A DNA stretch of 64,000 nt. Origin: a virus. A model generated the notes under the pieces. It worked only from the letters and a program-made list of their open reading frames with translations, made no database searches and had not been told where the DNA came from. Location: positions 6,243 through 70,242 of IMG/VR virus record IMGVR_UViG_3300009180_000039. One strand, 5' to 3'. A program made the position numbers and the translations under genes. Below are positions 1 to 8,924 of the stretch, piece after piece. The number at the start of each line of letters is the position of its first letter. Within the stretch, counting starts at the first letter, position 1.

Positions 1-313
1 ACCCCGGCAAGGCCAATAGAGCCAAGATTCCGCAAAGAATTCCGATTTTCTTAGCTAGTGCATTGTAGCCGCTATTCTTATCGGGTTTCCCCGCTAGTTC
101 CTTCAATCGCAGCCGCGATTTTTCGGCAATAATCCCAAGCTCCAATGCGGTTGTTGGGCTTGCTTCAATGCAAATTACTAGCCCTTCCGGGGCTTCGAAC
201 CAATCCGAGACCCGCCAATTCTGACCCTCAGCCCGTGCTATACGGGCTATTTGGTCCGGGGTTAGGGGTTCCGAGATTAGGAAATTTAGTGCGGCGTTTT
301 GAATTATTGGCAT
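1..313 (-). CDS. Hypothetical protein, runs off the window edge (MPIIQNAALNFLISEPL...)
   Basis: ATG at 313, just downstream of the stop of 316..579; frame is open to base 1 (translated by hand). Confidence 0.6.
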   Translation of the reverse strand, partial: MPIIQNAALNFLISEPLTPDQIARIARAEGQNWRVSDWFEAPEGLVICIEASPTTALELGIIAEKSRLRLKELAGKPDKNSGYNALAKKIGILCGILALLALPG

Positions 314-315
314 GA

Positions 316-579
316 TTAGTTAGCGGTTCCTTTGAAAGTGAAAGTGACTAGTTTATATCCACGGCGGTTTGCCCATTCCACGCTATACGTGTGAGGCAAT
401 CGCCGTAACTGGTTGAGTTCGACCGCATCCCGAAACTGTCCGGTTCCGATATTGAAAGTAATTTTCAGATTATCATTTTTCAGCCGGTGCAATTGGTTGA
501 ACAATTCGACGGGCTGCATGGCCTTGAGTTTCTCAAGGTAAGTGTCCGATAAATCCTTGACAATGGCGGTTATCGTCAT
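316..579 (-). CDS. Hypothetical protein (early region)
   Basis: 87-aa ORF in a tightly packed minus-strand run; AGGA upstream. Confidence 0.7.
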   Translation of the reverse strand: MTITAIVKDLSDTYLEKLKAMQPVELFNQLHRLKNDNLKITFNIGTGQFRDAVELNQLRRLPHTYSVEWANRRGYKLVTFTFKGTAN

Positions 580-626
580 TTTGAAAATCCTAGTTGTTTG
601 GGAATTACAGTTGTTAAGGCGTGAAT

Positions 627-668
627 CCGCTAGCCCGGCATCGAACCGGGCATGGTTCCAAGTAGCGG
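627..668 (-). ncRNA. tRNA-like minihelix (acceptor-like stem + T-arm)
   Basis: Minus strand CCGCTA-N11-GCCCGG-TTCGATG-CCGGGC-TAGCGG: 12 stacked bp closed by a TTCGA T-loop; intergenic. Confidence 0.55.
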
Positions 669-675
669 GGAAATA

Positions 676-1179
676 CTAGGAAGGGCCGGATACTTTGGAA
701 ATATACCGAAACGCGGCTTGTGATGTTTTGAACCGTGCGACGGGTTCCCCGTCTGCCCGGACTTCGCAAACGTAGCCCCGCGAACAATCTACCGCGTGAA
801 CTTCAAACACTTTCGCCCTATATTGCGGATGTTTGTATAGCCAGCGGCCATTTTTGCCGGTTGTTCGAATTCCTACAATGCAACGATCTAGGATACCGCC
901 CCCGCCCGTAGAACGGGCATTGTGAACTAGAATAGGAATTTTGGTGGTTCCCGTAGAACGGGATACGCGCCCGGTGGTATCATTTTCTCCGTGCCAGTCT
1001 TGACCGGGCCGGGCTTCCGTGTCCCCATAGTGTATCTGGATGCGGGCATGGTTTGCCCTGCATTGTTCCAAGATGCGGATAACGGTTCCAGGTGTCCGGG
1101 TATCGTAGGCTGTGCCGTTAACGATATTGTACGATTTTTCAGACGACGGAAGAACGGGAAGCGGAAATACGGTTGACAT
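676..1179 (-). CDS. Conserved phage hypothetical protein
   Basis: 167 aa with NGTxY...GD...RSTG..KIP...RS.GGG.ILD..IV...LY.HP.Y pattern I recall from uncharacterised phage proteins. Confidence 0.8.
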   Translation of the reverse strand: MSTVFPLPVLPSSEKSYNIVNGTAYDTRTPGTVIRILEQCRANHARIQIHYGDTEARPGQDWHGENDTTGRVSRSTGTTKIPILVHNARSTGGGGILDRCIVGIRTTGKNGRWLYKHPQYRAKVFEVHAVDCSRGYVCEVRADGEPVARFKTSQAAFRYISKVSGPS

Positions 1180-1194
1180 TGTATGGGGTTCCTA

Positions 1195-1234
1195 GTTGGT
1201 TGGTTGGTTGGTTGGTTGGTTGGTTGGTTGGTTG
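1195..1234. repeat. (GTTG)10 microsatellite
   Basis: Ten perfect GTTG units fill most of the gap between two genes. Confidence 0.97.
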
Positions 1235-1648
1235 TTACAGTGTAATTCCAGCGAATGAATAAACGGGTAACCCGTTCGCACGTTTTGCCATTCGGTTAAG
1301 TTGATCGCAGCAATCGTATTCATTGTCACCGCGTAGCGGTTCCGATGTCATTCCGGGCTTGAATACTTGGCCTAGGGCACTTAAGGCCGTATAGCTATCG
1401 CTAGATTGTCCATTGTGCCAATTGGAGTAATGCCAATATGCTGCCACAATCAGGGAATCTAGGGAACAATGGCCGAATTCGCCAATTGCCCACAATTCGT
1501 CAGATTCCCCCGGATAATCATGAACCAATCTAGCCAATAAATCGATAGCTTGCGTCAGTCGATTGTAGGTAAATATGGGTTCAATGGTGAACAATGTTTT
1601 TTCTATGGCGGAATGTAGAGCCCGGATTTTTGGTAGATGATTTTTCAT
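1235..1648 (-). CDS. Hypothetical protein
   Basis: 137-aa ORF, colinear with neighbours. Confidence 0.75.
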   Translation of the reverse strand: MKNHLPKIRALHSAIEKTLFTIEPIFTYNRLTQAIDLLARLVHDYPGESDELWAIGEFGHCSLDSLIVAAYWHYSNWHNGQSSDSYTALSALGQVFKPGMTSEPLRGDNEYDCCDQLNRMAKRANGLPVYSFAGITL

Positions 1649-1678
1649 GGTAGATACTTTCGAAGATAGGTAATTGGG

Positions 1679-2125
1679 TTAGTTGCAAGCTAGATCAACA
1701 ATATGTCGTTTTGCGTATTGGTAGATTCGGAATTCTGGAAAATCCCCCCAGTCGGTGCCATTGTCAGACTCGAAAGTCTGACAAGTATTGATATCATAGT
1801 GGCCGTATGCCAAGCAAGCTTCAATTTGCACTAGCATATTGTCGGATTCTTCCGAGTCATCCATACCGATACACTTTAAGGCAGGAAGCATGGCGTCCGG
1901 ACGGTTGACCGTCCCCAATTCAACGTACAAAGTACCCCCAGACTCTTGGAAGCGTACAAATTCACAATATCCGTTTGCTTCCCAATTGTTGGCTTCATAG
2001 TAAGTACCACCGTGTCGAATTGTATTTATATCGCCACTATATTGGATTCCCAATTCTTTGGCGATATCCCAAGGGTTACCCGTGCGCAGGCGTTTTATTG
2101 TGATGTTAGGCTTAGCAATCGTCAT
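1679..2125 (-). CDS. Hypothetical protein
   Basis: 148-aa ORF with GAGGA RBS. Confidence 0.75.
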   Translation of the reverse strand: MTIAKPNITIKRLRTGNPWDIAKELGIQYSGDINTIRHGGTYYEANNWEANGYCEFVRFQESGGTLYVELGTVNRPDAMLPALKCIGMDDSEESDNMLVQIEACLAYGHYDINTCQTFESDNGTDWGDFPEFRIYQYAKRHIVDLACN

Positions 2126-2171
2126 TTTTGATCCTCAAAATTGGAAACAATAGAAACAAGTGTAACGGAAG

Positions 2172-2224
2172 GGAATAGGTATGGAATTGAACCATACAAC
2201 CGTGAAACGGTTCCCTGCTATTCC
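2172..2224 (-). ncRNA. D-armless tRNA-like element
   Basis: Minus strand GGAATAG-CAGGG-AACCG(TTTCA)CGGTT-GTATGG-TTCAATT-CCATAC-CTATTCC: 7-bp acceptor stem, middle hairpin, T-arm with canonical T-loop; intergenic. Confidence 0.6.
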
Positions 2225-2233
2225 GAGACTAGC

Positions 2234-2812
2234 CTACCAAACCTCATTAGGGTTGATAGGAGTAGGCGAATAAACCAGGGCATTGTCGGATACCCGGTAG
2301 ACAGGGTACGGGCATGGGCGGTAGCTATCGAACCAATCATGGCCGAAACAATAAGCCTTCGGGCCATCGGTATCGCATGGCGATAATAGGTAACAAGCAC
2401 CGGGAGCACACGGACTACAATAGCGGGCATGTGTATAGTAGGGGCTCTTGGAAATAAAGATATCAACTTCCCCAATTTGTTCGCATTCATACCCTTCCGA
2501 ATCGTAGGTGAATGAAGTAGGTTCCATGCAATCTGAGAATTCTAGTTCGAATTCCCCGCATTCTTCGCAATGAAGGGTATCGCCCCAAGCAATCGGATTT
2601 TCCGATTCCATGGTGGCCCCACAATCAGGGCACACACAATCGTACAGATCAGGTTCCCCGTATTGTGCCTCACTAGAATCATACCATGCGGAACCTACCG
2701 CATTATGAGGAATAACCCCATATCGGATATCCGTAGTGGTATCGACATTCACGGAATGGGAACCTGCCCAGTTGATACCATAGTCTGAGATTTTTTTAGT
2801 TGTATTCGACAT
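2234..2812 (-). CDS. Cys-rich acidic hypothetical protein (probable Zn-binding)
   Basis: CxCPxC, CxxC and CSPCAPGAC motifs; start moved to MSNTTKK. Confidence 0.8.
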   Translation of the reverse strand: MSNTTKKISDYGINWAGSHSVNVDTTTDIRYGVIPHNAVGSAWYDSSEAQYGEPDLYDCVCPDCGATMESENPIAWGDTLHCEECGEFELEFSDCMEPTSFTYDSEGYECEQIGEVDIFISKSPYYTHARYCSPCAPGACYLLSPCDTDGPKAYCFGHDWFDSYRPCPYPVYRVSDNALVYSPTPINPNEVW

Positions 2813-2816
2813 TTGT

Positions 2817-3158
2817 TTAGACTTTCGAAAAATGAAGGGAAATAGAGACCAGGGAAAAACAAGCACACAAAGAGTAGGTATCGGATGCAAGGTAGTTAAG
2901 TACAGTATCAATCGCTAGGGATTCCCTAGCGATATCAACTGTACTATAGGCAATGGGACGAACATATTCGGTTGGTTTGCCTAGTTCCGTGCTACGCATC
3001 CCGATATAGTAGCCATCCTTGCCGATAAAATCGGCCATGGGTGACATAGGATAGCAATAGGCAACATACTTAACTAGGTTAAGCTTTTCAGTGGCACCAT
3101 ATCCTAGGGATATGATACGATTCACCATGATATTGGGAATTGTGCGGATATTGGACAT
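2817..3158 (-). CDS. Hypothetical protein
   Basis: 113-aa ORF with GGAG RBS. Confidence 0.65.
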   Translation of the reverse strand: MSNIRTIPNIMVNRIISLGYGATEKLNLVKYVAYCYPMSPMADFIGKDGYYIGMRSTELGKPTEYVRPIAYSTVDIARESLAIDTVLNYLASDTYSLCACFSLVSISLHFSKV

Positions 3159-3230
3159 GGGATAATCTCCAAGAAAGTGAGGAAGTGAGTGAGCAAAAAT
3201 GGGGTACCAAAAATTCCGACCGGAAACGAA

Positions 3231-3611
3231 TTACTGACCAAAAACTTCGCAATACTTGACTAGTTCCGAGTGACTATATTTTGCACCGCATCCGATACTA
3301 GCCCATACTTTGCACCATAAGGTAGCTAGTTCTAGGCTAGCGAATCGCCAAGAGTATTCACCAGTACCAAAGGACATTCCACTAGGAATAGGATAGCCTA
3401 GGCTATCGAATAATTGCCGATTGTAGGCATAGTTCTCAAGGAAGGAATACCACCCGTCGGAACCTAGACTACGTGTATCGATTATTTCTGCGGATACAGT
3501 GTAGCCTAGGCTATCGTTGCCAACTACGGTAACCCATATTTGAGTGGATTCGTTTGGCCCCTCGGAAAAACAGTTTTGAGAGTCTGAATAAAAAACAAGC
3601 TTAGTTACCAT
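3231..3611 (-). CDS. Hypothetical protein (first gene of leftward run)
   Basis: 126-aa ORF with AAGGA RBS. Confidence 0.65.
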   Translation of the reverse strand: MVTKLVFYSDSQNCFSEGPNESTQIWVTVVGNDSLGYTVSAEIIDTRSLGSDGWYSFLENYAYNRQLFDSLGYPIPSGMSFGTGEYSWRFASLELATLWCKVWASIGCGAKYSHSELVKYCEVFGQ

Positions 3612-3982
3612 GTTTCGGCGCTTTCCTTTGGAGTAGTGTACGGGGTTCTATTGGGTAAGGTAGCCTAGGGTTTCTAGTGCCCTAGTAGCCAGCTTGCTGG
3701 CTCTCAACAACATTTTCGCAGTCGTGTTTCTCTCGACACAACAAAGATATACAGGAGACAACTCGGAGTCCAGGGCAACTACTCAAGATTATCGGGCATA
3801 CCCCTAGAATACTTGAGAATAAACCCCAAATAAACTTTCCGAGATTCCCCAATAGACATTTGGTATTTGAGAGCGTGAACGCTCTATGGTACACTTTCTA
3901 CCCTTAACTCCTAGCTAGTGGCTACCCTAGCAACATAAAGCACTAGCCACAATAAACCAGAATATCCTAGTACCCTGCCCTG

Positions 3983-4224
3983 CCCTGCCCTATAGGAGGT
4001 GCTAGCACCTCACCTAGCACCGTGCCCTAGTAGCACCTCCTATCCCCTGCCCTATAGCACCGTGCAACGGTGAGTCTGACATAGGGACAACCTAGTGAAT
4101 TTCACAGGGATTATTGATATTGTGCCCTAGGGCAGTACCCTGCCCTATAGGAGGTGCTAGCACCTCACCTAGCTACCCTGCCCTATAGGAGGTGCTAGCA
4201 CCTCACCTAGCTACCCTGCCCTAT
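3983..4224. repeat. 38-bp direct repeats, each with a perfect 16-bp palindrome GAGGTGCTAGCACCTC
   Basis: Core CCCTGCCCTATAGGAGGTGCTAGCACCTCACCTAGC at 3983, 4138 and 4176, partial at 4214, degenerate pieces between. Confidence 0.93.
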
Positions 4225-4658
4225 GCTACTAGGCAACAAACCGAACATAGTAAACATTATCGGACGTAGCATAGAAACTAGGCATACTATGCTTACACTC
4301 TAGGCACCTAGGCGTCTGATGAGGAGGGGGATCAGTTTTACTGATCATAATCTCAAATGATCCAGGGGCCAGGGTGCTGAGCCTTGGGCTCGATTTTTTT
4401 ATAAAACTGAAAACTGAAAAAGGTGCCTAGGCTCTTGGACCGCTTCGCGGTCACTGGGCAGCCCGCCCACACAGCAATAGACCATAGGAGCAATAGGATT
4501 ACTGCACAATAGCCTCATTGCACAATAGCCGACTGGTCCATCGCATGACCGAACCCTCGCACGATAGGCCGCGAAGCGGCCACCGGGTTGTGGGAAATAA
4601 TGGGTACTTTTTCCCACAAGACATAGCACTAGGTCCAAAATTTTTAGAAAACAAAATC

Positions 4659-4686
4659 TTGCAAAGGTTTAGAGCTAGGATAGACT
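4659..4686 (+). promoter_or_regulatory. Sigma70-like promoter
   Basis: TTGCAA-16-TAGACT upstream of the FkbM gene (AGGAGG RBS follows). Confidence 0.45.
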
Positions 4687-4737
4687 AGCACTGTACCTAT
4701 CCCCTAAAACACAGCCCCTCTAGGAGGGGGTATTGTC

Positions 4738-5376
4738 ATGCTAATCTCTCTGAATGATGTCAAAGACCTATGGGCCAAGTTTGGCCTGAGAGGTCTTAGT
4801 GTGCCGAGTATCTTGCACTCGGTAGCTCATGTGGGTGGGCACTATGGGGAGGAGATACCAGACTACTTGGCTGCTGGGTTCGATCCGATTGACGTATTCG
4901 AGCCGCTGGCGGCTAATTGTGACGTAATCCGGAAGACGAACAACAGTGACCGGGTACGACTGTATCAGGTAGCCTTGGGCTCTCAGGCTCTGGCAGGAGT
5001 ACCTATGTTTGTCTCCAGTAATGAGGCACAGAGCAGTAGCCTGCTCAAGCCTACCCAGCACACAGTCCAGTATCCCAGCATTACGTTCGATAAGCAAGAG
5101 GTTGTCGATGTCTGGCCCTTAGATGGCTACCGACTAACGCCTGATCTCCTGGCGATGGATACCCAGGGCTATGAGCTAGAAGTCCTTAAAGGTGCCACAG
5201 AGACGCTGAAAAGCGTTAAGGTGGTCTATACCGAAGTGAGCAATGTACCACTGTATGAAGGCTCGGCACTGGTCGAGGATCTCGACGAGTTTCTCCAGCC
5301 CTATGGCTTCAAGAGAGTCCGAACAGACTGGGTAGGTGTCACTTGGGGAGATGCAGTCTACGTTAAGATCCCATAG
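4738..5376 (+). CDS. FkbM-family (Methyltransf_21) SAM methyltransferase
   Basis: HVGGHYG, FEP, ALG, SSS.L, MDTQGYELEVLKGA, YTEV..VPLYEG motifs. Confidence 0.9.
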   Translation: MLISLNDVKDLWAKFGLRGLSVPSILHSVAHVGGHYGEEIPDYLAAGFDPIDVFEPLAANCDVIRKTNNSDRVRLYQVALGSQALAGVPMFVSSNEAQSSSLLKPTQHTVQYPSITFDKQEVVDVWPLDGYRLTPDLLAMDTQGYELEVLKGATETLKSVKVVYTEVSNVPLYEGSALVEDLDEFLQPYGFKRVRTDWVGVTWGDAVYVKIP

Positions 5377-5440
5377 GAACTCCAAATTAGTGCCTAGGAA
5401 GCGTCCAGACGCTTTAGTGGGCCTCTGGGAGCTAAAACGA

Positions 5441-5466
5441 AAAACGGCCCTCTATGGGGCCGTTTT
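5441..5466. terminator. Bidirectional intrinsic terminator
   Basis: AAAACGGCCC-TCTATG-GGGCCGTTTT between convergent genes. Confidence 0.8.
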
Positions 5467-5495
5467 GTGCGTTTAATGGGGAAGTCGCTAGCAAG

Positions 5496-5894
5496 CTAGT
5501 CTTCTAGGTATTCCAGATCGCTGGCACAGGCCCAGCCGTAGTAGCCTAGGCGGACGTTGCTACTATCTGGATTGAGGTCGATGTAATCGACAGTATCGCT
5601 GAACTCGACAGTATCGCTGAACTCGACAGGTTTAGGACAGCCAATGCCTACATATCGCCATGTAATCCGCTTGCGGGCTTTCCCGAACTCCAATGCCTTT
5701 TCCAAGGTCAGTTTCTTCCAGACCTGGGCTTTACGCATAATGGCTCGGGCTAGAACCATCGGACCATCGGCACTCTCTACTCGGAAATAGACTGGGGAGT
5801 AGAAATTCTCCTTACCTGTAGGAGCACGATATTCCCCAGTGTACTCGTACCCCTCGATCTTGGGCATTTTCATCAAAACATCTACAGTTTCCAT
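5496..5894 (-). CDS. Hypothetical protein, GxEYxGEYR paralog family (copy 1)
   Basis: PKIEGYEYTGEYR...IMRKAQVWKKLT shared with 38459, 54521 and 54900 ORFs; internal 18-bp duplication at 5587-5629. Confidence 0.8.
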   Translation of the reverse strand: METVDVLMKMPKIEGYEYTGEYRAPTGKENFYSPVYFRVESADGPMVLARAIMRKAQVWKKLTLEKALEFGKARKRITWRYVGIGCPKPVEFSDTVEFSDTVDYIDLNPDSSNVRLGYYGWACASDLEYLED

Positions 5895-5896
5895 AG

Positions 5897-6427
5897 CTAG
5901 TTCAATTCCCCCAGTGCTTTATCGTACATAGCTAGCTCTCGGTTCAAGGCAGCGGACAATCCGCTGGCAATACTCTTGCCGACAGCTTTCTTTTTCTCAA
6001 CACTCATAGCATCTCGGCCCGAAACGGCCAATAATGTCACCAACGATGATACTGCGGCGATGCTAGAATATACCAGACTCTTGATCTGTTCCTCGTTGAA
6101 TGGGTCATACTGGTGCCGCCTTACGGCCAGAGCGACCGCCCCGCTCAGCACATCAGAGAACATTGGGACAGTATCTTTGTCCTCTTCACCGTATGCCAAG
6201 GCGGGATGGGTCAACCAGTGCAATCCCACGTAACTTCTTGCCAAGGAGTCCTGGATAGGACTATCGGCGGTCAGGGTGTCAGTGGTCTGGTAGCCAGACA
6301 TAAAGCCGTCTAGTGCCAAAGTGGTCACGAAGAAGGCTTGCCAAGCAAGCTCGGCGTCTACAACATTCGTTAAATTTGCCTCCCGCAGCAAATTATTGAT
6401 GTTTTCATGCAATTCATCTGAGTTCAT
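5897..6427 (-). CDS. Hypothetical protein
   Basis: Start moved to MNSDEL (AAGGA RBS). Confidence 0.7.
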   Translation of the reverse strand: MNSDELHENINNLLREANLTNVVDAELAWQAFFVTTLALDGFMSGYQTTDTLTADSPIQDSLARSYVGLHWLTHPALAYGEEDKDTVPMFSDVLSGAVALAVRRHQYDPFNEEQIKSLVYSSIAAVSSLVTLLAVSGRDAMSVEKKKAVGKSIASGLSAALNRELAMYDKALGELN

Positions 6428-6478
6428 GGTATGTTGATCCTTTCTGTAGACAACTATACACCTTTTTGAGACAATAAA

Positions 6479-7123
6479 ATGGCAAAATTTAAGAAAAAGA
6501 CGGTATCGACCAAGAGCATTGCCGATGCGGTTGCCGAGCAACTCGGCCTACGCAAAGGGCAGACTAAGGCTATCGTCGAAGTCGTCCTGCAAGAACTCTC
6601 CAAGCAGTTTATCACTACAGGATACATGAGATTGCCCAATCTGGGCACCATAAATATCCTGATTTCTGTGCGAAGTGGCGTCCCCAAGCCCTATTACACC
6701 TTCCGTCCGGTCGGACGCCTCCGAGCGTTTCTCGCTACCATGTGTACTGACCGAGCGAACGCCCCGTTCCTTAAATATCTGCTTGAACGGGACCATATCA
6801 AGTACGAAAGGCAGGAAAACGGGCGTCTCGCCCGTGTAGCTGCCATCAAACAATGGCGGAAGAACGACGAAAACCGGGAGAGGGAGCGACTCGCCAAGAT
6901 GCTAAGCGACAAAACCGGCGAGCCGGTTGATCCCGATAGCATCCCAGCGGAATACCTTACTCCTCCCCGCGTGAGTACCGCTCGGTTACCCGATCACCGT
7001 ATAACTGTACGTGAGATGTTAGCCAAGACCGGAGTGTTGTCCCCCCAGACAGAAGATCCCCAGCCGAATCCCGAAGAAAGTAGCCCTCTGGAGTCACTTC
7101 CAGATAGCAATACTGGTGTTTGA
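6479..7123 (+). CDS. HU/IHF-like DNA-binding protein with C-terminal extension
   Basis: N-terminal IADAVAEQLGLRKGQTKAIVEVVLQEL...MRLPNLGTI...FRPVGRLR resembles the HU fold. Confidence 0.7.
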   Translation: MAKFKKKTVSTKSIADAVAEQLGLRKGQTKAIVEVVLQELSKQFITTGYMRLPNLGTINILISVRSGVPKPYYTFRPVGRLRAFLATMCTDRANAPFLKYLLERDHIKYERQENGRLARVAAIKQWRKNDENRERERLAKMLSDKTGEPVDPDSIPAEYLTPPRVSTARLPDHRITVREMLAKTGVLSPQTEDPQPNPEESSPLESLPDSNTGV

Positions 7124-7406
7124 TGAGTTTGTCCACCATGTCAAACACAGGGAATAGCTCAACCCATTCATTATCCACGCTGGCTGCCACGTCGATCATC
7201 TTCTGGGCAAGACTAGCACAAGCACCATACTTGCTGATATTCAGGATGTCATGGGCTTCTTTTTCCAATTTGGCAATCTCCACTCGGGTATAGGTTCGTT
7301 TGATAGGACGCTTCCGCTGATTTCGTAGCGGCGTCCGGTCCACAATGTACTTGGCTTGCCTTGCAAGCGAGTCCAAGAACTCTCGGGGCAAAGGATCTGA
7401 TAGCAT
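6957..7406 (-). CDS. Hypothetical protein
   Basis: 149-aa ORF; TTGCAC-16-TAGAAT promoter-like site on minus strand at 7464-7491. Confidence 0.6.
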   Translation of the reverse strand: MLSDPLPREFLDSLARQAKYIVDRTPLRNQRKRPIKRTYTRVEIAKLEKEAHDILNISKYGACASLAQKMIDVAASVDNEWVELFPVFDMVDKLIKHQYCYLEVTPEGYFLRDSAGDLLSGGTTLRSWLTSHVQLYGDRVTERYSRGEE

Positions 7407-7490
7407 TGGTCTTTTGTCGCCTGTAGTATTAGTTTATGTTATACTGGCGGATAAGTAGCCCTTATTCTAACGCAAAATGAGATTTGTGCA

Positions 7491-8924
7491 ATGCAATTAG
7501 ATTTTTATGGCGAATTGGCACGACTCTGTAGAGACTCGTACTTTGATTTCGTCAAGACATTCTGGAAAATTCTGTGCCCTACGGACCCCTTGGTCTGTAA
7601 TTGGCACATCCCGTACCTCTGCAATGAGCTACAGGTCGCAAGCGACCGAGTGCTCGCAGGCGAGCCGAAGGAATATGACCTAGTAGTCAACATTAGTCCA
7701 GGCACGTCCAAGTCCACCATCTTCTCCATCATGTTCCAGCCGTGGCTATGGGCCAGAGATCCGAGTATTCGGTTCCTGGGCGTAAGCTGTAACGACGACT
7801 TGGCCTGGGACTTCTCTTCGAAAGCGAAGCGAATAGTCGAGAGCCCTTTGTACCAGAAGCTATTTCCCCATGTTTGCCTGCGACAGGACGTAAATAGCAA
7901 GTCCCTATGGGCAAATACTATGAATGGCGAGCGAATGAGCTACGGCATAGGCTCTAACGTGGTGGGTAAGCACGCCCACATCATCGTCATGGACGATTTG
8001 ATCAACGCCAAGCAGGCTCGGTCCCCAGCGGATTTGCTCAGTGCGGAGCACTTTGTCCGAGAAATCATCCCAACCCGAAAGACGGACAAGGCCAGAACCT
8101 TCAGTTGCTTGGTCATGCAGCGGCTATCGGTCAACGATCCTACTGCCGTTATCCTCAAGGAATGGCCCAATGTCCGGATGATTTGCTTACCTGGGGAAGA
8201 AACTGACGACATTACCCCGCCAGAGCTACGGAAAAACTACGTCGATGGTCTCTTTGATCCGGTACGGATGCCTAGACCAGTGCTTGAAGATATGAGATCC
8301 CAGCTACATGCCTACGGATATGCAGGTCAAATCCTCCAGGTGCCGATTCCGGCATCGGGAGGTGCTATCAAGGTCGATAGAATAGTCCAGCATGAGCTAG
8401 GAGTGCCCCAAAACATCAAGTTTGTGAAGAAAGTCAGAGCTTGGGACAAAGCAGCCTTGGATAAGGCAGGGGACTTCACCACTGGTATCCTCCTCGGTCT
8501 CACCGAGGACAACCAAGTCTGGATTCTCTCGATCATCCGGGGGCAGTGGAGCACTGACGAGCGGGAAGGTATCATCCTAGCAACGGCACATGCCGATGGC
8601 AAGTCCACCAAGATCACTTTCGAGCAGGAAGGTGGTTCAGGGGGGCTAGATTCTGTCCGACAGTCGGTAAAACGACTAGGCGGCTTCATCGTCCACGTAG
8701 AGAAACACGTCCAAAAGGGCGGCAAACTCGCCCGAGCAGAGGCATTTGCCACCCAGGTCAACTTCGGAAACGTGCATACAGCACTCCGGGGAAAGCTATG
8801 GGATGACTTCACGCGGGAAGCTATGCACTTCCCAGACGTTATCCATGACGATCAGGTGGACGCGGTAGCGTTAGCTTACACCGTCTTGACTAGGCAGACG
8901 ATTCGACTGGGCGTAATAAAGTAA
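7491..8924 (+). CDS. terL: Terminase large subunit
   Basis: Walker A SPGTSKST, Walker B IIVMDD, VMQR coupling motif, RNase H-like RAWD...DFT...HDDQVDA. Confidence 0.96.
   Translation: MQLDFYGELARLCRDSYFDFVKTFWKILCPTDPLVCNWHIPYLCNELQVASDRVLAGEPKEYDLVVNISPGTSKSTIFSIMFQPWLWARDPSIRFLGVSCNDDLAWDFSSKAKRIVESPLYQKLFPHVCLRQDVNSKSLWANTMNGERMSYGIGSNVVGKHAHIIVMDDLINAKQARSPADLLSAEHFVREIIPTRKTDKARTFSCLVMQRLSVNDPTAVILKEWPNVRMICLPGEETDDITPPELRKNYVDGLFDPVRMPRPVLEDMRSQLHAYGYAGQILQVPIPASGGAIKVDRIVQHELGVPQNIKFVKKVRAWDKAALDKAGDFTTGILLGLTEDNQVWILSIIRGQWSTDEREGIILATAHADGKSTKITFEQEGGSGGLDSVRQSVKRLGGFIVHVEKHVQKGGKLARAEAFATQVNFGNVHTALRGKLWDDFTREAMHFPDVIHDDQVDAVALAYTVLTRQTIRLGVIK

Noticed and set aside
3983-4224. 38-bp palindromic repeats as a CRISPR array
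   Set aside because: Copies are directly tandem or separated by shuffled repeat pieces rather than unique equal-length spacers; no cas genes are present.
3682-4638. ORFs 3682..3894 and 4399..4638
   Set aside because: Non-ATG starts, no RBS and atypical composition inside the repeat-rich control region; probably non-coding.
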